From positions 8,804,001-8,868,000 of the forward strand of contig OZ210885.1 of assembly GCA_964658305.1 (NCBI GenBank): 64,000 nucleotides of DNA. Reading direction: 5' to 3'. The stretch comes from Leptogorgia sarmentosa (lineage: Eukaryota). The notes beneath the pieces are model-generated. The model searched no databases. It was not told the DNA's origin and worked only from the letters and a program-made list of their open reading frames with translations. Made by a program: the position numbers and the translations under genes. This document shows, piece by piece, positions 26,001 to 37,943 of the stretch. Each line of letters starts with the position of its first letter. The first letter of the stretch is position 1.

Positions 26001-26004
26001 CTGA
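17018..26004 (+). CDS. Type I membrane protein: signal peptide, 2x (LDLR/YWTD-like beta-propeller region + Ca-binding EGF), 2 further EGF, TM, Tyr-rich tail; exons 17018-17072, 18395-18773, 19369-19754, 20241-20360, 20716-21053, 22073-22449, 22525-22644, 23751-23873, 24603-24725, 25586-26004; apparent frameshift in exon 5
   Basis: Signal peptide [18 protein letters not shown]. Degenerate YWTD motifs (IYFV, IYWI, IYYK, VYWT). DIDEC/DVDEC EGF exons in phase 1-1. [28 protein letters not shown] followed by KRK. All GT-AG phases are compatible except for the internal frameshift near 20766. Confidence 0.85.
17356..17710. mobile_element. Intronic MITE-like inverted repeat
   Basis: CACTAGATCATGGTTAACATACGTACATAATCGCGACTGCTGTACA and its near reverse complement ending at ~17710. 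Confidence 0.65.
18829..19148. repeat. Interspersed repeat B, copy 1 (Crypton-type non-autonomous element suspected)
   Basis: Near-identical to 23043-23438 but lacks the central hairpin. No TSD seen. Confidence 0.75.
21451..21950 (-). mobile_element. MITE family A, copy 2
   Basis: Reverse complement of 13529-14043. TSD AGTATTC (21444-21450 / 21951-21957). Confidence 0.88.
23043..23438. repeat. Interspersed repeat B, copy 2
   Basis: Contains a long hairpin GTGTTTGGCGAAATACCGC...GCGGTATTTCGCCAAACAC. Confidence 0.75.
24879..25130 (-). mobile_element. MITE family A, copy 3 (truncated)
   Basis: Starts CAGCCGTTGAACAAAGACCTC and matches about half of copies 1 and 2. Confidence 0.85.
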
Positions 26005-26034
26005 CAATCTATGACCTTTCTGGTCAGGCTCATG

Positions 26035-26747
26035 CAGTGGCGGCGCCAGGGGGGGGCAAGGGGGGGCAAATGCCCCCCCAAAATTATTTTCTGCCCCCCC
26101 ATTTTGCCCCCCTAAATTATTAGTCACTGAGAGCGACAAAAGGCTACACAAGCCTGGATCCATGCGACCAAGTCGGATCTATATTTGCGGAATTTTTAAA
26201 TCCTTTAAACTTAGCATTTTCGGAACTCTGCATAGCTGTCAAAATTGCTATGACCCTTCCGGTTAGTACTGCGGGATGTGAAAGAACATTTAGCAAATTA
26301 AAAATAATCAAAAACCATTTGAGAACCAGAATGTCCAACTCTAGGTTAAAATTCTTAAAAGTAATCAGCATTTACAGAAAAAGAGCACTAAGTATTGATT
26401 TGGAAAAGGTTGTGGATAGGTTTATTCAAAAGTTTCCGAGGTGCCGAATTATACACTTGTCTGAATGGCATTAAAATTTGTTATACACTATAGCCGTAAA
26501 AGTGTATTTAAAAATGTTAAGTTTACATTATGCTTGTTCACGTTGTTGATTAATAACTGTAACGAAATTGATATCTGTTAAAATAATAAAAATGATGCAT
26601 AAAAGAACGATTATTTTGTGTCATCATACATATTTAATAACGGCATGGGCAAATAACAGTACCTTTAAAAATTCTATTTTGCCCCCCCAAAATATGACTT
26701 TGCCCCTCAAATGCCCCCCCAAATTCTGAGGCCTGGCGCCGCCACTG
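26035..26747 (+). mobile_element. Internally deleted hAT transposon
   Basis: TIR CAGTGGCGGCGCCAGG and 8-bp TSD GGCTCATG. Relic of the hAT C-terminal dimerisation domain LPVSTAGCERTFSKLKIIKNHLRTRMS (26250-26474). Confidence 0.93.
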
Positions 26748-28094
26748 GGCTCATGTCTTCATGTCGCTTTGCCCGCGCGAGCTGAGCGAACATGTTGTAC
26801 TTTTCGTTAAGGGTGTTGAATATTAGCGTTCCTTGTTTGATTTTGCCCGCGGGGACACGCTTACAAGCTGAGCTTTCTTCAACTTTCTTGGCGTGCGCGC
26901 TGTACAACTGACTTTTACGAGATGGCAAAGCGACTGTAATGGAAACCGCCCTTAGTAGAGTATATATATATATATGTATATATTTGTTTTCTAATTTTTG
27001 GTATGTCTCTCCAGCAGTAAATTTTTAGCTGCATGGAATGCTCCCATAAATCGTAATTGTCTTCTGCATCTTTAATATAACAGTCTGAACTTAACTATCA
27101 TGTCAACGTCATGTCCCTAAGGACGTAATTAACAACCGTTCAGTTTGAACCAATTGAAACAAGTTGCGATGTGTCTGATAATGATCATTTTTATTCGTGA
27201 AAATGAAGCAATCCGATTGGCTAATACGGCTTTCGCAGCGGGGCGTTGTGAACCTCTGCGAAAAATTGCAAACTGAAAGAATAAAAATTGTATTTTAAGA
27301 AATATATGATGATATATTATTGATAAAATTGATTTGCTCGTTGAAAAAACATTCTGTTCACTCTTTCTTGTCCACAGTTTGTTTTGTCCTTTGCTCGGGA
27401 GTAAATGGCCGTTCCGAAATTTTACCCGGCCTCGCCCCTAGCTTACGCCCGGACGACACTTCGCGCCGGCAGATAAATTTTTTGGGATCACTTCGCGGCT
27501 TGGTTACTAAGCATTCATTTACTTTATTATGTTGTATTGCAAAATCTATTCATATAAAAGGTTTTTACCGGCAATTTTGCAGAGCTTCGCTAGCTCAGGG
27601 GTTACGGTCCCCGTTTACACGGCACCAGATAAAAATTTTGTCCGGATAAGTATTTGTACTGATACAAATATTTGCCACATTGGGTCCCCATTTACACGGT
27701 GCGGATCAATTATTTCAGTCGTTGTTCGACAGAGTACGGATTTGCTCGGACTTTGCTCGGGCGTTGCTCGGACTTCAGCGGCAGCGCCACATTTAGCCAA
27801 CCTTGCAGCCATATAGGGCTGGTGAGGTATCTTGGACAATTTCATTAAATTTTCGTTTCCTATTTCGATGAAAATTGGATTTTAGCACGAGTAAAGCCAT
27901 GTTAAGCATCTCCACACCAGATAGTTAACAATAGTATTGTAGTAAATAGAAATACAAAATGATTCATTTTCAGACAACTGCGCTATATTAAACATATACA
28001 AATGGCTTAAATGATATGTCAACGATAAAAGGAAACTGGAACGAATCCGTACAAATATTTGTTCTGATTGGCGTTCACACAAATATTTGCTTTC

Positions 28095-31000
28095 GAAATG
28101 AGCCAGACTAGATCTAGAAGATTTAGCACTTCTACTTATAAATGAATAACGTGATTGATAGAGACGACATTGAATGAGTGGTTATTTTCCATCCCTAAAT
28201 GCAGCTATTGGAGTGAGCATTCATGTTGCCTTCAAGACGTTTATTTTATGCGCTTCATGCAATTCAAAACATTTCGGTTGCTAGCTCGCTGTGTCAGTCT
28301 AGCACATTATAAACGCAATTCGTATCAAATATCATTATTTCATTTCATATGTGTCGCGGCTTCAAAGAAATGTTCCCAATGCGATTTTTTCATAACAACT
28401 ACGGCCTCATTCTTTTGCACACCACTACATTTATTACAATCACCAAAATATTTATTACATCGTTTTTCTGTTTGGCTTTATCTCACATCACTCGTAAGAA
28501 AAGATCGTAGCTACAATAATATCCAACATACTTGACCTTCAAAATCCCAACTATTTTCTACAAGCGCAGCAGATACATTTATTACAATCACCAAAATATT
28601 TATTACATCGTTTTTCTGTTTGGCTTTATCTCACATCACTGAAAAGATCGTAGCTACAATAATATCCAACATACTTGACCTTCAAAATCCCAACTATTTT
28701 CTACAAGCGCAACAGAGCCCATGGCCTAGAGTGGGCTGTAGCTTCCTCAAATTTTGCTTTGTTATAATATGCTACTTATACTGGAGAGATTCTTGCTAAT
28801 CAAGTGCTTGCATTAAGGTTAGCTCAGGAGTTAAGATTGCGCAATTAGTTATTGGTTGATTGAGAATGCTGTATCAGGCCATATTGCAGTTGAATGGTCT
28901 AACTGAGCATTCTGGATGGCTTTTTGTGCCAACTCGTTAAAAACACAGTGGTTTTCGCTTGTCGAGGGAAATATGAATTGTCGGGCATTAGAATGTGTCC
29001 AAAGATAAAGTAGTACTGATCAAGGTGTATATATTTTCAATTGAATGGGTAAGTCATTGATAATCATCGCTTTCTTTTTGGTCAGTACGTAATATCATCT
29101 GACATCAGAGTAAAATAATGAAGTACATGATGGATTGGAGTTAATGAGTTCAAGCATTGACAATCAAGGTTATCTGCTTCAGTACCAATAAACATTTCCA
29201 TCATGCACTAATGTAACCCAGCGGTATTCACGAGAGGCTTTGGGAGATCGGCGATATATTCTGGTTTACTATTTTATAGCTAGATTTCCACACCTATTTT
29301 TAGGTGTGGTATCTATTACTAATTTTGAATGTTTTTTAAGTCGTAATTTTACAGTTACACCAACTAAACTATAACAGGCAGCCAAAATGATGTGCAATGC
29401 AATTTATAATTAACACAAGTCGTACGTAGTAGAAAGAGGCCATAGTCAACTGTGAGGAAATTAAACTGCGTATTTTAACCCCCTTTCGATACTCTTGATT
29501 GAAGTTTTATTTGTTTCCCAAGCAACATGCCATGTATTTTTAACGGGTCAGGTTTCAATATTTTCTCGCATTGCTCTTGGCATACGTACAGCCTAATGAT
29601 TTATTTCCACTTTCGTTTTGAAACTAAAAGAAGAACTTATCTATTTGGGATTCGAAGTCTTTACACTTTTATGTTCAGTACTTTGAACGTAAAGACCGTA
29701 CGATATAGCACAAGAAAAGATTTATTCAAAATGTTGCGATAGACGTACTCAAATAAAGGTAAGAAACATCATATTTCTAGTGTCAATTAGCCAACGCGAT
29801 TATTGTGGAATGCAGACTGTGTACACTCGCAAATGCCTTTGGAATGTGGCGCAAAATGATCTTCAAATATGCTATACAATACGAGAAATATGAATTATTC
29901 TAAGATGGATAAATGTATGGATTCGAATTGAATATTTTCCCGCTTCAGCGTGTTGTATAATGCTACCTACACATGTTATTGTTATAGCTTGCAATACCAT
30001 AAGACAAGGCAAAAGCACAAACAAGGTCTACTCATATTTATTGAAATATGCAATACGAGACATGACTCAGAATGATTTGCAACAATATTGTAGGTTTTAA
30101 AACTGAAAAGTTAACCTAACATAATTTTTACATATCGCTATAATGACCGATTATTAGTGCGAAATTTCATAATATGCGCTGAAATATTCTCACTGTTATG
30201 ATGTGAGATATCTGCAGATTCACCTACAAGTATCAGTTGCCTTTGTTCGTGTAAATCCGGTACCGCAAGGTCTTGATCCTGATTTATAGATTCATAGATT
30301 TACTATACACAGATTTATAGTTAATATACATACAGATAATGTTTCTGCCAGACCAGGTCACTGAACTTGAGTAGCATACTACACTAGTATATTTTTTGGC
30401 TTCGAAGTTACTATCTCAAGAATTAACGAAGTGGGGTGTGTACTAAGAAATTACTGAGAAATGACAGTAAATTTGATAAATTAATATAATATCCACAACG
30501 CAGGCGTAAATCAGGCTTTGAAAATCTGCGATACAAAAACGCGGAACTTTATGGACTTATGGAGGTCGAGGTTAGGCTTAGGAAATGAGTCGGACTAGAA
30601 GATTTAGCAGTTCCACTTATAAATGAATAACGTGATTGATAGTGACGACATTGAATGAGTGGTTATTTTCCATCCCTAAGTGCAGCTATTGGAGTGAGCA
30701 TTCATATTGCCTTAAAGACATTTTATGCGCTTCATGCAATTGAAAACATTTCGGTTGCTAGCTCGCTGTGTCAGTCTAGCACATTATAAACACAATTCGT
30801 ATCAAATATCATTATTTCATTTCATGTGTCGCGGCTTCAAAGAAATGTTCCCAATGCGAATTTTCCATAACACCTACGGCCTCATTCTTTTGGACACCAC
30901 TACATTTATTACAATCACCAAAACATTTAATACATCGTTTTTCTCTTTTGCTTTATCTCACATCACTGAAAAGATCGTAGCTACAATAATATCAAACATA

Positions 31001-31670
31001 CCTGACCTTCAAAGCCATTGAGATTAGCTATTGTGCGCAAAGACGCGTTGAGACAGATATTTACCAGATGTAATGTTTTAGCTTGCCACTCAAGTGATAC
31101 TGTAGTGAGGATTTAACTTGAAAAATACGTTAATCAAGATCTGCGTATGAATTTTGTTTCACATTAAGTTCGGATGAGTGAACAAGAAAGTGGTTTCCAT
31201 TTGACAAATAAAATTGTATGGATTCAGAAAATGTGAATAATAATTAATATGACCTACAGTATCAAGATGGATTGCAATTTAGTGTGTTTACTCATGGGTT
31301 CACCACGCTTTCTTCTTCTCAATTAAATTCATAGAAGATCATTGTTATGGAACAAAAATCTTTACGCTTTTATGTTTCGTACTTTTACACAGTAAAGACT
31401 GTACGTTATGACACAAAACGATATTTGCTGTATTAAAAATATTTCGATCGAAATGTAACATTCCTAGCTTGACTCGGCCAATGCGATTACTGCGGAATGC
31501 AGACTGCGTGTACTCGCGGATATTTTCCTATGCCTTTGCAATGTAGAGTAGAATACAAAGTCTTTAAAAATATCATAGGAGAAATTCCAACTATTTTCTA
31601 CAAGCGCAGCAGAGCCCATGGCCCAGAGTGAGCTGTAGCTTCCTCAATTTTTTGCTGGGTTATAATATGC
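28095..31670 (+). repeat. Mosaic of local duplications
   Basis: 28095-28545 ~ 30582-31012; 28425-28570 ~ 28574-28715 (tandem); 28690-28775 ~ 31587-31670; 29655-29850 ~ 31360-31545. Confidence 0.8.
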
Positions 31671-34600
31671 TAACAAGAATATAGGAAGACTGTATAATCC
31701 ACGCTTACAAATCGAAGGGATTACCGATCAAGAATGGCACACAAAATTGCTTATGCTGAGCAGGTTTCGCGTTATATTTTGCACGATACTATCTATACTG
31801 ATCCGCAGTGAATGTGCAGAAATTAAAAATCATATTTCTGGTATATGAGATGAAGTTTTAGTTACGCGCTGTAGTTAGGATAAAAATGTAGAGATTCTAA
31901 TGGGGGTAGTATCGCATAGCTCTTGGCTACGTAGACTGTGATTAATCTCCACTTTCATTTTGAGCCTCCAAGATGATATTTTAGAGCAGAGGTCTTAGTG
32001 AAATGTGGGCAACTGTGATGTATTTAGTGAAATAAAGGCAGCAAAAGTCATAACTCTACCTGAATTTCACAAACGACATTTTAAGCCTTAGATAGATGTG
32101 TTACCGTCATTTTCTCTTTGTATACAATATGGTTATAAAATATGTTTGACTTTCACGTCTGATGGTAGCACGATAGAGAAATCGAAGTGACATATTGATA
32201 GAAACTAAAGGAAAATTCAAGGAATTTTAAAACTATTTTCCAAGGCATTCTCAAGTTCTCGCAGGCTGAATTTTAATCTGCCGGAAATTGAAAGGGATTT
32301 CCCCTTTTCTCAAGCCATGTTCTGATTACACTCAGAGTTTTAATATTTTAGCCAGTCTGTGCTTTATTGTAGCAGTGAGTTTCATGTATTTCGTTCTCTG
32401 TCAATATAATCGCAATCATACTACATTGACGAGTAATTGAAAGCGGGACAGGGAATAACAAAGGAGGTGAGTTTGATTTAAATGTCTAGTAAACCAAAGA
32501 AATTCCCGTAGGATTTTTCGTCACAGAGCTGCGAAGATGCCGTGTGTTAGGAAAGCAATATACCCGTTGAAAGGAAAATACGTTAGGCATGAACGACACA
32601 AATGACGAAACAAATATATTCAACCGTAATAAGTTTACAAATAGGTATAATATGCTCGAAATAATGAACGAACCGCGAAAGACCAAAGCCGGAAGCTAAA
32701 TCTTCATGCTGTACCTACGTTTATATTTTGCCATACATGATTGTATTGTTCGCCATTTCAAGCGAATTTATATCCCTATCAGAATTTATTTGCTGAAAAC
32801 TCCACCAAAACCTAAAAGTTTTCGCTCTGTTAAATAGAAGTTGCTTACGAGGGGAATATGGCTTACTAAGCAAGATTTGCTTTACAAACATTTATAACTG
32901 CATTTCATATCACAAGGTTACAATCATGATTTAATGTTAGTGAAATAATATCAGCAGTCAGTAGTCTGATAGAAGTCACCTTCTCATTAAACAGGGTGTT
33001 CATTACAATATATACTGTACACTTTGGTGAATTCAGTGGCTAATTTTGTCCCGTTCATTAATGATTTTTCCTACAGCTTCTCTAAGGCATTCCAGCCCAT
33101 TCCATACAAATTTCTTGGCAGTGACTAAGCCAAGCTGTGTTCAGACATGCATTAATAAATGATATAGAAACTCTAACCCTATCATCATTGACTTTATACT
33201 GTAGTACAGCTGCATCAAGTTGTATATTGCATCAGTAGTTTGTGACCTAGCTGGTGATTCCTAGCATGGCACATAAGTCAAGAGCATTCCCTGTTACACA
33301 GGGCCTTCACTTGCTCTAAAAACACCACCAAAACCTCTAGCTTTTGCTCTGCTAACCCACATTCTTTCAGTACAATTATATTATGCTTAATATAAATTTA
33401 TTAAATAGTGAAGACAATTCTATTATTTGCCCACAGCAAACAAGTTTTGTGTTACATATATTTATAGCTGTTTTATACCACAAGAATTCAATCATGTTTT
33501 GATGTTACAAGGATGTCAATCTCCTGGGCTGATGAAATTACCATTCCCTTCAAGATTTTAGTAGCAGGGAAACGATATGTGACCCCCGGCCATATTACAT
33601 GCATTTTGCTTCTCTATTAAAAAAATGTATTTTACACTTAACACCCATCAAAAAGTAAAAACCACGCAACCAGAAATTTGACAAAAAGACATTTTGGAGC
33701 ATTTTAATACATTGCAGCAACTGTACGTCCCAGCATGTGTATAATTTTTACTCAGTATTAAGACACATTAACTCCCCTCAAAAATTTTCACATTGAATGA
33801 AGTTCTATAAAACTATATTGATTTACATACTGATGTTATATTTCACTGCAAATTTCAAGTGTCACAATTGAATTTAGAGTGTTTTTACCTCAGATTTAGA
33901 TCAGATCTACATATATTTCATTTGTGTTTTGAAATCATAAGGCTAATAAGGGATTGGATTAGATTTGTCTACATCATTCTGGATTGAGTCAATTTTGATT
34001 TTGATTTCAATCTGGATGGATTGAATTGCTGATTGAAAATAATGCATTGAATGTGAAATCCAAATTTTATTGCAGAAAGAATATGACTTGGCCTGAAACT
34101 GCAAAACAAATCATGCATGTTTTTTGCCCACATGTTTTCATTCCTGAAATTGCAGTTTGCATGTACATAAACTGTCAAACATGAGTTTCTTTCTGCCACT
34201 TACTGGAAAAATCCCCTGCCTCTCGCACATTTTACTTTAATTTTCATTGTCAGATTTGTTAGCTTATGATAAGTTTTATAAACTGTTTGAATCTGTAAAA
34301 CCTGACTGTCAGGAATTGTAACCATGAGATTCCAGACCAGCATTCTGACCGACCGAGCTATAGAAGTCACTTGTTGAGTAATGACTTTAAGTTCATGTAG
34401 ATTTATCTTGTATTTGTGCAGATGGTTGGTTGTTATTGCTCAGTTGTTATATAATACTGTCCAAACAAAATCAAACTGCCACAGATACTGCCAAGAACAT
34501 TAAGTGTTTTACTTCCCATCCCTGGTCATGATCAGGTCTTAAACATGGTAGCTACAGTATATATAATCCTCACATTGATTATCTCATTTATTATATATTG

Positions 34601-36207
34601 TTGTACTTTGCCGATATCTTAGAGTATAGATGGTGGGTGGGGGAGAACAAGGGGGAGGGGGCACTGATTTTTTAGTTTGGGTCAAGTTATAATAAAGTAG
34701 ATCACAACATTTAGTTAGTCTATGAAACATCAATGAAATTGTTGATTTCTTGTCAAAATTAACACTGACTCTGCCCCATTTTCTTATCTCCTTATAGAAA
34801 TGTGATTTGTTCATCTGTTGACATCAACGAACAACAATACAGAGTGTGAAAAACTTGATTTTCAACCTGAATCAAGGCTGCCAAATTAGAACATTTAGTT
34901 TCCTGAGATTATAAAATAAATTAAGGTAAGTTAATTGTCTAGTAACAAACTTCAGAATGTGGTCAGTATTACCAGCGGATAACAGAATCGACAAGCATGA
35001 GGTGCTCCTTGATCGAGAATCAGTGTTGATAGTTAAGGAGAAGTGCACATATTATTTTTATAAGTGTGAACATATTAACATCTTTGTTGTCAATGGTTTT
35101 CCAATATGGTTTTTATTTTAGTCACCTACATATATAGATTACTTAATGCAATTGTATATAACCCCATGTGTCTCTCATCTCCCACAATATTTCCTGACAG
35201 TGAGCCCAGTTGTTCAAAATGTCAAACCTTGTGGTATCATTTAATATGTAGATAGTGGAAAAAAAAAATTGCTGGTTGTCGATAATCAGTCATCGCACTC
35301 AGACATTAACCCAATTTCAACATAATGTTAAAATTAGGATTTCATTTTTTGTGGGTAGTTTCTCTCCTTTTGTATCGTTATCTCCTTTTGTATCTGTATT
35401 TCTAAATCTTCATGATTTTGCTGGATCTTCCCATTCTGTTGCCACAAATTACCCATGATCCCAGATCTTGCCATGCTCTTGCCAAGATTGTATTATCATT
35501 CAATCATGATCTTGTAAGTTCCTGGCAAAACACATATTAAAGGCCTCGACAAAATTTTCCCAAAATGTTGCAACATTCATGCAAGATTTATCTTCATAAC
35601 GTCCCGCCATGTGTGATCAGCAGAAGATTCGACGTTTTGAGCGAAGGCCCTTCGTTGGGAGTTACGGTACTTAATTACAAATTGCCGCCGGAAGGGGGGC
35701 CTTTACTCGAAATGTCAAATGTGTCGTTTAAGTAGAACCTTTCTTTGCTGTCTATTGATGTTGTTATCAGCTTTTCTTTGACGTTCGAGATCTTGTCATA
35801 ATCTTTCTGGATCATCACATGTTGTTGTTGGCAAAAACAAGCATGGGAAAAGTGGTCTGATGCTTAAAATGTATATACAGATGTATACGGATGTATATAT
35901 GGTGAATGTATTTCTATCGTATGCCTTTTGGTGATGAATAGTGGCAGTGCTTGTATTTAATTCTGAATGTGTGTAGTTGCTGTCCACCACGAAACGAAAG
36001 GCAAAAACCATATTTATTTGCGTTTCTAGGGAGTTCAATTCAAATTTGTCATTTGAGTTCAACGTTAAATTCAACTTTTCTGATGGTAGGATCGTATTAA
36101 CGTAGAAAGGTATGTATGAAACAACATTGACAGATAGATTATAGAATCCTTTATTCTAAGCATTTGAATAAGGCCTTTGATCGAGCAAAACGAGCATCAC
36201 TATTGAT

Positions 36208-36701
36208 GGGGCCCACTAAGGGGGTAAATCATGTCGCGTGTCACTCAATTTTTAGCTGCTTTGTCGCTTGCATCAGTCCAGTAAATGTCTATGTCGCTTT
36301 CAAGTTATAAAAAAAATGTCGCTGTCATTTGTTTAGGTAGCATATACACAGTACCACTTTTACATAATATTAAGTTTAATAATAGCACAAGTTTTCCTTA
36401 CAACCTGGAAGCGCTAAAGCCGTCGTGGTTGATGACGTCGGTTAACTCAGTTACTGGGGAGTGGGGGTTGGTAACTTGGTCCACTGGTTGACCCAAGCTA
36501 AAATTTGCTAAATTACGTTTTGTTTTGTTTGTCGCCGTCGTAAAGCATGGTAAAATCGTCTGTCCCTGTCTTAATTATTGGTAGTTATGTCGTTGTCGGA
36601 ATGTGTCGCTTTTTTCCTGTCGCTTTTCGCCTTTTTTTAGATAGCCTGTCGCCTCTTTTTAAGCAACGTCGCTTGTCGCTCTTCACCCCTTGGTGGGCCC
36701 C
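36208..36701. mobile_element. MITE with 6-bp TSD
   Basis: Ends GGGGCCCAC...GTGGGCCCC with TSD ATTGAT (36202-36207 / 36702-36707). Many internal TGTCGC motifs. Confidence 0.8.
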
Positions 36702-36835
36702 ATTGATTACACCGATATTCTTCTGTCTCGCGTATCCCGGGAGTCTGCAAGTATTCTACTGTGCACTTGAGGCCATCCTTATTGTACACTAAATCTTGTT
36801 TCACTGCTATACAATATTTAAATAATTGCTACTAT

Positions 36836-37203
36836 CAGGGGCGTAGCCAGCCCTACAAAAGTGAGGGGGTCCATTCATCCAGTAGATCATATAGAGCTAT
36901 ACTGCGCATACAAATATGTCCAAACGTATTTCATGTATCTTAGGCGGGGATGTTATGAACTTGAAAATAATAAATGTTTCACAAGTGCACCATAAACAAA
37001 ACAGCCTAATGTGTGTGTATATTAATCAAATAATATATTAATCAAATGTTGAGAATGCAATGATGATTAGACTATGAGGAGGTGTACCCGATATTCCTTA
37101 TATCCGCTTTTTTACTTGATTTTGAAGGAATTGAAAGACATGTTTTGAATAAAAGTGGGGGGGGTCCGGACCCCCCCATCCCCCCCCCGTGGCTACGCCC
37201 CTG
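36836..37203. mobile_element. hAT-type MITE
   Basis: TIR CAGGGGCGTAGCCA and 8-bp TSD GCTACTAT (36828-36835 / 37204-37211). Confidence 0.9.
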
Positions 37204-37943
37204 GCTACTATCACTGTTGTGCGAAGACTCTTGATTGACAAATTTGTACCATATCCAACAAGAAATTGTTTGCCAAAAACACACATCCTAAAAGATCAAA
37301 GTATAATGAAACGTTTTTTTTTGACTTCATGATATATTTCTGATTTCTCTAGAAACAATCTTTACTCTGGTCGCCTCTTGTGGAAATCAACCTAAGTTTT
37401 TGGTAAGTGTGTTAGTATATAATTTTTCAACGACCTATCTATCTATCTATTCTAGTACCTCTGCAAAACGGACATTGTTGGTATTTTAGTTTTTTGATGT
37501 GTTGGCGTAACCTATAGCAAAAATATGTAGTGTTGGTTGACCTCATTCATCGTCCGTAATTCATCAACTATTTTAAATCCTCGCTTCGACATCCCCAGAC
37601 ACGGTTGATCCCACGAGATCATGTCGAGATTCCTTCATGATTCAGTCGTGATTTGTAAGCGGACAACTTTAGTGTAAAAAAGAGTAAGCGGACAACTTTA
37701 TTCGAACGCTTGAACTGCTGTGGTTGGAGAAGACAGCCCCAATTATTGGCCAAATGGCACCTGTGTGCAAGCGTTGCTTAACTCATTCACGAGATCCGAA
37801 GCAATTCACAACACTATACAAATTTCACAACATCAAATTTCTAATATTTTTTCATTTTTGGACCATTTACATCATTTTTCGCCGCTTCTCTTCAAATTCT
37901 TTACCATGCGATGCTTACGTGCCTTAGATTTACTGTAAGAGTG

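Noticed and set aside
28155..28535. ORF pair 28155-28535 / 30725-31021 as duplicated genes
   Set aside because: Frames are not conserved between copies and there are no protein-like features; non-coding duplication.
35620..35665. Penelope-terminal/hammerhead-like motif on the minus strand
   Set aside because: The catalytic CTGA box is mutated and no associated ORF was recognised.
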